Positions 48,140-64,000 of a stretch of 64,000 nucleotides of DNA are shown piece after piece. How positions within the stretch are numbered: position 1 is the stretch's first letter; each line of letters opens with the position of its first letter. This DNA is from the human T2T-CHM13v2.0 reference genome, Homo sapiens. The stretch lies in NCBI RefSeq assembly GCF_009914755.1, contig NC_060925.1; one strand, given 5' to 3'. A program made the position numbers and the translations under genes. The notes under the pieces were generated by a model, which did not search any database, was not told the origin of the DNA, and saw only the letters and a program-made list of their open reading frames with translations.

Positions 48140-48380
48140 ACTAACAATGTGTAACACTTATACAGCACTAAACTACGTGCTGGGAACTGTCTAGAGCACC
48201 TTCCATACACTAATGCACTTAATCCTTAGTTACCCCATGAAAAATGTATAGAATTATTCTCATTTTAGAAATAAGGAAACAAGGTAGAAAGAGATGAAGT
48301 AATTAATCCAATATCCCATGGCTAGTAAGTGGCAGAGCCAGAATTCAAACCTAAACAGCCTGATTTCAGAGTAAAAGTAA
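48140..48380 (-). mobile_element. MIR
   Basis: Core cttaatcctt...ctcattttagaaataaggaaac...gctagtaagtggcagagccagaattcaaacc. Confidence 0.75.
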
Positions 48381-48599
48381 TTTATTTTATGGATGGAATT
48401 AATAACTATAACCTATAAACAATACTGAGAACATAATAAACACATTGCATAATTTTTAAAGTAAAAAGAACACAAGAACATTCACCTTGTTTTTCTTTCC
48501 TTTTAAAACCTGAGTCCTAAAATGACAATATATTTTAATCTGCATATCTAAAAGACCACAGATGCCTCAAATATACCTTATTTTTCCCACAATTTATCT

Positions 48600-49168
48600 C
48601 ACAGACCAAGAACTCTTTATGTTCTAGCTCTCTTAGAAATGAGAAGTGAAACCACTGCATCCACATAGATTAACTATAGGTCTATGAACTAAGGCCGCCT
48701 ACATACACATGACTACTACTTGTGCCAAGAAGTTTCTTGCCCAGAAAGATAAGGCAGTAAATCAGTAAATAACTTCACTGTTGGCTTCAGGAACTTCCCA
48801 AAAATCCATTTACCCCAACAATAGAGTACTCAAACAGTCCCCTTTCACAGTACTCCCTCTACTGCTCAAACAACTCATTTATCAAACAACTGTGTATTTA
48901 CAAGACTTGGTTAAGATCCTTAGCCTGCTGTTGCTACAAACCTTCAACCATTATTATATCATGAACGCTGTCATCTCAATCAGACGACTGCATTGAAAGC
49001 TCTTAAACATCTCAAGGTTTTGCAATATCTACCCCTGAACTCTCCCTTGCAGAGTCTACTAAGGCTCTATCAAGGTTGTGCTTGCCCTTTATTGTATTAA
49101 GGAATAAACTTAGCTTTGCTTCATCAACAGGATATTCTGGCCTTTTTTTGGGAAGTCAGCAGTCAACA
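48600..49168 (+). mobile_element. Possible old ERV solo LTR
   Basis: LTR-like 3' part aataaacttagctttgcttcatcaacag...gggaagtcagcagtcaaca ending in CA. Family and 5' boundary uncertain. Confidence 0.35.
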
Positions 49169-50917
49169 GAAGGGATAATCCTATTCCATTTCAGCTGCTC
49201 TCTTATCAGCAACTCCTTTTTTAAAATAAAAATCTTTAAAAATAAAAATAAAAATCTTTCATGCCTATACTATATTACAGGTAATATTAAATATATTAAT
49301 ACCAGGAGATGGGATTATTATAGAAACAGATAAACATAAACCAGCAAATGAAAGGGGGCCATGTGAACCTAATAATAAATTCAATATGAGACTTCAAACT
49401 ATATTTCATTAAAATGGCAGTTTAATCTGAACTGGGTTAATTACATACTTCAAAATGGTCTTAAATTATTCCAAAAATACAGGTTTAGAAATAAAAGGAA
49501 AAAAAAGCCTTGGGTTGCCAAAGTTTATTCTGCCATCTGAGTAGATTTTTACAAAAATTTCTTTGCCTTAATTAAGTTATATGACCTAATGTTATATATC
49601 AAATATAAATATATAAAATATAATCTATAAATAGCTCTAAAAACCATTAAATCCTGTATAAACAGAAAAATAATATATTAAAATTATTAATAGTTATTTT
49701 GATATCAACTTTCACTTACATACAGTATTTTTTGGTTTTAGTTACATGTGCAATTTTTATTCTTCAACTTTTATTTTAACTTCTGGGACACATGTGCATG
49801 ATGTGCAAGTTTGTTACATAGGTAAATGTGTGCTATGGTGGTTTGCTGCACATATCAACTCATTATCTAGGTATTAACCCCAGCATCCATTAGCTATTCT
49901 TTCTGATGCTCTCCCTCCCCCCGCCCCCCATGACAGGCCGCAGCGTGTGTTGTTCCCTGACCATGTGTCCATGTATTCCTATTGTTCAGCTGCCACTGGT
50001 AAGTGAAAACATGCAGTGTTTGGTTTTCTGTTCCTGAGTCAGTTTGCTGAGGATAATGGCTTCCAGCTCCATCCATGTCTCTGCAAAGGATATGATCTTG
50101 TTCCTTTTTATGGCTACATAGTATTCTATCATGTATATGTACCACATTTTCTATATCCAGTCTATCATTGATGGGCATTTGGGTTGATTCCATGTCTTTG
50201 CTATTGTGAACCGTGCTGCAATGAACATACACGTGCATGTATTTTTATAATAGAACGATTTACATTCCTTTGGGTATATACCCAGTAATGGCATTGCTGG
50301 GTCAAATGGTATTTCTGCCTCTAGATCTTTGAGGAATCACCACACTGTCATACACAATGAAGGAACTAATTTTACTCTCCCAGTAACAGTGTAAAAGTGT
50401 TCCTTTTTCTCCACAGCCTCACCAGCAACGGCTGTTTCTTGACTTTTCAATGATCACCATTCGAACTGGCGTGAGATGGTATCTCATTGTGGTTTTGACT
50501 TGCATTTCTTTAATGATCAGTGATGTTGAGCTTTTTTTAAAATTATTATACTTTAAGTTCTAAGTTACATGTGCAGAATGTGCAGTTTTGTTACATAGGT
50601 ATACACGTGCCCTGCTGGTTAGCTGCACCCATCAACCTATCACATATAATTAGGTATTTCTCCTAATGTCATCCCTCCCCTAGCCTCCCACCCCCTGACA
50701 GGCCCCAGTGTGTGATGTTCCCCTCCCTGTGTCCATGTGTTTTCATTGTTCAACTCAGACTTATGAGTGAGAACATGCAGTGTTTAGTTTTCTGATCTTG
50801 TGATAGTTTGCTGAGAATGACAGTTTCCAGCTTCATCCATGTCCAATCAAAGGAAATGAAGTCATCACTTTTTAAGGCTGCATAGTATTCCATGGCGTAT
50901 ATGCACCACACTTTCTT

Positions 50918-57309
<6,392 letters not shown>

Positions 57310-58060
57310 CCACATTTTCTTAATTCGTCTATCATTGATGGGCATTTGGCTTGGTTCCAAGTCTGTGCTATTGTGAATAGTGCTGCGTTAACATACATGT
57401 GAATCTGTCTTTACAGCAGAATGATTTATAACCCTTTGGGTATATGCCTAGTAATGGGATTGCTGGGCCAAATGGTATTTCCAATTCTAGATCCTTGAGG
57501 AATCACCACACTGTTTTCCACAATGGTTGAACTAATTTATACTCCCACCAACAGTGTAAAAGCGTTCCCATTTTTCCACAACCTCTCCAGCATCTGTCAT
57601 GTCCTGACTTTTTAATAATCACCAATCTAACTGGTGTAAGATGGTATCTCATTGTAATTTTGATTTGCATTTCTCTAATGACCAGGGATGAGGAGCATTT
57701 TTTCATATGTCTGTTGGCTGCACTTCTTTTGAGAAGTGTCTGTTCATATCCTTTGCCCATTTTTTGATGGGGTTGTTTGTTTTTTTCTTGTAAGTTTGTT
57801 TACATTCTTTGTAGATTCTAGATATTAGCCCTTTGTCAGATGGATAGATTGCAAAAATTTTCTCCTATTCTGTAGGTTGCCTGTTCACTCTGATGATAGT
57901 TTCTTTTGCTGTGCAGAAACTCTTTAGTTTAATTAGATCCCATATGTCAATTATGGCTTTTGTTGCCATTGCTTTTGGTGTTTTAGACATAAAGTCTTTG
58001 CCCATTCCTATGTCCTGAATGGTATTGCCAAGGATTTCTTCTAAGATTTTTATGGTCCTA

Positions 58061-58165
<105 letters not shown>

Positions 58166-59225
58166 CTATTTATTAAATAGGGAATCTTTTCCCCATTGCT
58201 TGTGTGTGTCAGGTTTGTCAAAGATCAGATGGTTGTAGCTGTGTGGTGTTATTTCTGAGGCCTACATTCTGTTCCTTTTGTCTACATATCTGTTTTGGTA
58301 GAAGTACCATGCTGTTTTGGTTACTGTAGCCTTGTAGTATAGTTAGAAGTCAGGTAGCATAATGCCTCCAGCTTTGTTCTTCATGCCCAAGATTGTCTTG
58401 GCTACGCAGGCTCTTTTTTGGTTCCATATGAAGTTTAAAGTAGTTTTTTTCCAATTCTGTGAAGAAAGTCAATGGTAGCTTGATGGGGATAGCATTGAAT
58501 CTATAAATTACTTTCAGCAATATGGCCATTTTCGTGATACTGATTCTTCCTATCCATGAGCATGGAATGTTTTCCCATTTGTTTGTGTCCTCTCTTATTT
58601 CCTTGAGCAGTGGTTTATAGTTCTCCCTGAAGAGGTCCTTCATATCCCTTGTAAGTTGTATTCCTAGGTATTTTATTCTCTTAGTAGCAACTGTGAATGG
58701 GAGTTGATGCACAATTTGGCTCTCTGTCCATTATTGGTGTGTAAGAATGCTTGTAATTTTTGCATACTGATTTTGTATCCTGAGACTTTGCTGAAGTTGC
58801 TTATCAGCATAAGGAGGTTTTGGGCTAAGACAATGGGGTTTTCTAAATATACAATAATGTCATCTGTAAACAGAGACAATTTGACTTCTTCTCTTCCTAT
58901 CTGAATACCCTTTATTGCTTTCTCTTGCCTTATTGCCCTGGCCAGAACATCCAATACTATGTTGAACAGGAGTGGTGAGAGAGGGCATCCTTGTCTTGTG
59001 CCGGTTTTCAAAGGGAATGCTTCAAGCTTTTGCCCATTCAGTATGATATTGGCTGTGGGTTTGTCATAAATCGCTCTTATTATTTTGAGATATGTTCCAT
59101 CAATACCTAGTTTATTGAGAGTTTTTAGCATGAAGGGGTGCTGAATTTTATTGAAGGCCTTTTCTGCATCTATTGAGGTATGTGTTTTTTGTCATTGGTT
59201 TTGTTTATGTGATGAATTACGTTTA

Positions 59226-59435
<210 letters not shown>

Positions 59436-62400
59436 TTATGAGTTAGGAAGGATTCCCTCTTTTTCTATTGTTTGGAACAGTTTCAGAAGGAATGGTACCA
59501 GCTCCTCTTTGTACCTCTGGTAGAATTTGGCTGTGAATCTGTCTGGTCCTGGACTTTTTTTGGTTGGTAAGCTATTAATTATTGCCTCAATTTCAGAACC
59601 TGTTATTGGTCTGTTCAGGGGTTCTACTTCTTCCTGGCTTAGACTTGGGAGGATGTATGTGTCCAGGAATTTATCCATTTCTTCTAGATTTTCTAGTTTA
59701 TTTGCATAGAGGTGTTTAAAATATTCTCTGACGGTAGTTTGTGTTTCTACAGGATCAGTGGTGATATCCTCTATATCATTTTTTATTGAATCTATTTGAT
59801 TCTTCTCTCTTTTCTTCTTTATTAGTCTGGCTAGCAGTCTATCTATTTTGATGATTTTTTCAAAAAACCAGTTCACGGATTCATTGATTTTTTGAAGGGT
59901 TTTTTGTGTCTCTATCTCCTTCAGTTCTGCTCTGATGTTAGTTATTTCATGTCTTCTGCTAGCTTTTGAATTTGTTTGCTGTTGCTTCTCTAGTTCTTTC
60001 AATTTTGATGTTAGGGTATCAATTTTAGATCTTTCCTGCTTTCTCTTGTGGGCATTTAGAGCTATAATTTTCCATCTAAAGACTACTTTAAATGTGTCCC
60101 TGAGATTCTGGTATGATGTATCTTCGTTCTCATTGGTTTCAAAGAACATCTTTATTTCTGCCTTTATTTTGTTATTTATCCAGTAGTCATTCAGGAGCAG
60201 GTTGTTCAGTTTCCATGTATTTTGTGCAGTTTTGAGTGAGTTTATTAATCCTGAGTTCTAATTTGATTGCACTGTGGTCTGAGAGACTGTTATAATTTCC
60301 ATTCTTTTGCACTTGGTCAGGAGTGTTTTACTTCCAATTATGTGGTCAATTTTAGAATAAGTGTGATGAGGTGCTGAGAAGAATGTATATTCTGTTGATT
60401 TGAGGTGGAGAGTTCTGTGGAGGTCTATTAGGTCTGCTTGGTTTAGAGCTGAGTTCAAGTCCTGAATATCCTTGTTATTTTTCTATCTCGTTGATCTGTC
60501 TAATATTGACACTGGGGTGTTAAATTCTCCCACTTTTATTGTGTGGGAGTCTAAGTCACTTTGTAGGCCTCTAAGCATGTACTTTATGAATCTGGGTGCG
60601 CTTGTATTGGGTGCATACATATTTAGGATAGTCAGTACTTCTTGTGCATTGTTCCCTTTACCATTAATGTAATGCCCTTCTTTGTCTCTTTTTATCTTTG
60701 TTGGTTTAAAGTCTGTTTTATCAGAGATTCGGATTACAACTCCTGCTTTTTTTGCTTTCCATTTGCTTGGTAAATATTCCTCCATCCCTTTACTTTGAGC
60801 CTATATGTGTCTTTGCAAGTGAGATGGGTCTCCTGAATACAGCACACTGATGGGTCTTGACTCTTTACCCAATTTGCCAGTCTATGTCTTTTAACTGGGG
60901 CATTTAGCTTGTTTACATTTAAGGTTAATACTGTTAGTTGTGAATTTGATCCTGTCATTATGATGTTAGCTGGTTGTTTTGCCCATTAGTTAATGCGGTT
61001 TCTTCATAGTGTCGATGTTCTTTACAATTTGGTATGTTTTTGCAGTGGCTGGTACTGGTTGTTCCTTTTCATATTTAGTGCTTCTTTCAAGAGCTCTCGT
61101 AAGGCAGGTCTGGTGGTGACAAATTCCCTCAGCATTTGCTTGTCTGTAAAGGATTTTATTTCTCCTTCACTTATGAAGCTTAGTTTGGCTGGATATGAAA
61201 TTCTGGGTTGAAAATTCTTTTCTTTAAGAATGTTGAATATTGGCCCCCACTCTCTTCTGGCTTGTAGGGTTTCTGCAAAGATATCTGCTGTTAGTCTGAA
61301 TGGGCTTCTCTTTGTGGGTAACCCAACCTTTCTCTCTGGCTGCCCTTAACATTTTTTTGTTCATTTCAACCTTGGTGAATCTAATGATTATGTGTCTTGG
61401 GGTTGCTCTTCTCGAGGAGCATCTTTGTGGTGTTCTCTGTATTTCCTGAATTTGAATGTTGGTCTGTTTTGCTAGTTTGGGGAAGTTCTCCTGGATAATA
61501 TCCTGAAGAGTGTTTTCCGACTTGGTCCCATTCTCCCCGTCACTTTCAGGTACACCAATCAAACGCAGATTTGTCTTTTCACATAATCCCATATTTCTTG
61601 GAGGCTTTGTTCATTTCTTTTTATTCTTTTTTCTCTAATCTGGTCTTCTCTTTTTATTTCATTAAGTTGATCTTCAGTCACTGACATCCTTTCTTCTACT
61701 TGATCGATTTGACTATTGATAGTTGTGTATTCTTCACAAAGTTCTTGTGCTATGCTTTTCAGCTCCATCAGGTCATTCATGTTCTTCTCTGCATTGGTTA
61801 TTCTAGTTAGCAATTTGACTTCAGCTTTTTTTCATGTGTTTGTTGGGTGCATGAATGTCTTCTTTTGAGAAGGGTCTGTCCATGTCCTTTGACCACTTTT
61901 TAATGAGGTTGTTTTTTCTTGTAAATTTAAGTCCCTTGTAGATTCCAGATATTAAACCTTTGTGAAATGGATAGATTGCAAAAATTTTCTCTCATTCTGT
62001 AGGTTGTCTGTTCACTCTGATGATAGTTCATTTTGCTGTACAGAAGCTCTTTAGTTTAATTAGATCCAATCTGGCAATTTTTGTTTTTGTTGTAATTGCT
62101 TTTCACATTTTGTTCACAAAATTGTTGCCCATGCCTATGTCCTGAATGCTATTGACTAGATTTTCTACTAGGGTTTTTATAGTTTTGGGTTTTACATTTA
62201 AGTCTTTAATTCATCTTAAGTTAATTTTTGTATACGGTATAAGGAAGGGGTCCCGTGTCAATTTTCTCCATGTGGCTATCAGTTCTCCCAGCTATATGTG
62301 CAATTATTAAGGTATACAACTAGTATTTATTCTAGTACCACTTTATTTTATTTCACTCTCCTTGCAACATATTTTTCCTTGAAAAGGATTAGATCAGGTA

Positions 62401-62561
62401 AATTGAATAAAACATTTTAGGGTGTCAAGGATAAGCTTTTTAAAAAGTTGATGCCTATAAACAAGAACTTTTTCAAAATGTGAGTGTACTATGTGTGTTT
62501 ATGTATATATGTATATGTACACAAATATACACGGGTGTATGTATGTGCATGTGTGTGTGTA

Positions 62562-62811
62562 CAGGTTGAATATTCCTTACAGAAATGCTTGTGACAAGCA
62601 GTGTTTTGGATTTCAATTTTTTTTTTGATTTTGAAATATCTGTAGATACGTATTTGTGGAGCATACCCAATTCAAAAATCCAATAAACATAAACCAGTGG
62701 TTGAAAATGCTACAACGACCATTTCCTTTGAGCTTCATGTCTGTGCTCAAAAAGTTTTGGAGTTTGGAGTAATTTGGGTTTCAGATTTTTGGATTAGGGA
62801 TACCACACCTG
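62562..62811 (+). mobile_element. Tigger4 (Zombi)-like MITE
   Basis: TIRs caggttgaatattcct...agggataccacacctg, preceded by TA. Strand is nominal. Confidence 0.8.
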
Positions 62812-63079
62812 TGTAGACACTCACATACACATACACAATCTCTCCAGCTAAGAAAAATGAGTGAAACATAAAATCCCAGGTTTTTTTCCATAAATTTTCA
62901 ACACCAGCCATTTCAAATATTACTATCACTTCCTATGGAATTGTTACTAATCATGTGCCATGTGACTTTTTTGTGGCTATTGCTATTAGGGCAATAGAGT
63001 ATAGAGGGAACAGAATGGAGATTAAAAACAAACAAACAAACAAACAGGGTTTGCATCCTCAATTTCCATTCCAAATTAG

Positions 63080-63240
63080 GAGAAACAACTTAATCTCATG
63101 GAACCTTAGCTTGCCTATCTGGAAAAGAGCAACAAATTTACCTACTTGACATACTTGCTGTGAAGATTAAAAATAATGTATAAGGAACCAGTCTGCCACC
63201 TGGCACATAATGGTATATTCTCCATAAGTGTTTGTTATCC
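63080..63240 (+). mobile_element. MIR
   Basis: cttaatctc...ctatctggaaaa...gctgtgaagattaaa...cctggcacata. Confidence 0.65.
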
Positions 63241-63309
63241 ATGCTGCATGTTAGTTACTTATAATCATGGTCCTAAGGATTTACAATATACTAAAATACT
63301 TCCTAAAAA

Positions 63310-63800
63310 ATTAAAGAAGTATTAATTATGCAGCAAGATCTTTAAGGCTCATATCCTTCCAACAAGTAATTCTATTTCTAGGAAACTAGCCAGAGGAAAA
63401 GATTAGAGATATCATCAAATATTTACGTATAAAGATATTCTTCAAAGTTTTAATTTTAATATCAAAACACTGAAAACAACCTAAGTATCCAAATACCATA
63501 CTACATCTATACAATTGCTGTTAAATATTAAAGAATCTATTAAAATATTAATGAGGACTTAACAGCAGCCAGAAATGCTCACAAAAATTATATTTAAACA
63601 ACAGCCTATAGACCTACATCTCAACCATTACATTCATGTGTAGCAGTGTACACACATGCACATACAAATGCAGAAAAAAATGATTTGGAGGAAATGCATC
63701 AAAACATTAACAATGACTATCTTCAGGTGATGGGAATTCAGTATTTTTTTACTTCATTTTTAATGGTTTTTTATTTCCAATTTTCTACTATATACATGGA
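63310..63800 (+). mobile_element. Old L1M 3' fragment
   Basis: agtaattctatttctaggaa...aaaacactgaaaacaacctaagtatcc...tttccaaattttcta. Confidence 0.5.
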
Positions 63801-64000
63801 TTACTTGGATACTTAGGAGACATAAAATTTTAAAATCCAATCACTTCTGTATATTATTTAGTATATTCTAGTTTTTTAAGGGTGATCTTTTTAACCATAC
63901 CCCATCTTACTTCCAAAAAGATTTGAGATACCTAACAAAAATATATATACCAGACTAAAATAAATAAAATAAAGAAATTGAGACAAAAATAAGAAAAGAA

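Overview
Human genomic DNA (human-specific AluYb8 and AluYg6 are present), AT-rich and almost entirely intronic. It lies inside NME7 (nucleoside diphosphate kinase 7), transcribed on the minus strand. Three internal coding exons (15104-15168, 12611-12679, 8199-8300) splice in frame to give (G)LLGKILMAIRDAGFEISAMQM-FNMDRVNVEEFYEVYKGVVTEYH-DMVTEMYSGPCVAMEIQQNNATKTFREFCGPADP, part of the second NDK domain. The flanking exons are outside the window. The rest is transposon-derived: two full-length young L1s (L1PA2-like 29034-35074; L1PA3/4-like 50918-57309), older L1s, Alus/FLAMs, MaLR LTRs, hAT and Tigger DNA transposons, MIRs and microsatellites. I see no evidence of a new gene or a new biological system. 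The strongest unexplained signal is that the two young L1s are independent insertions of different subfamilies yet share about a dozen non-consensus mutations, including the same ORF2 frameshift and the same RT active-site substitution. This points to non-allelic gene conversion across ~22 kb and marks the pair as a deletion/duplication substrate. Other items are a four-level nested insertion with all TSDs visible, Alu-related splicing candidates near the NME7 exons, and several templated-insertion repair scars. Subfamily names and consensus comparisons come from my recollection of the consensus sequences, not from a search.
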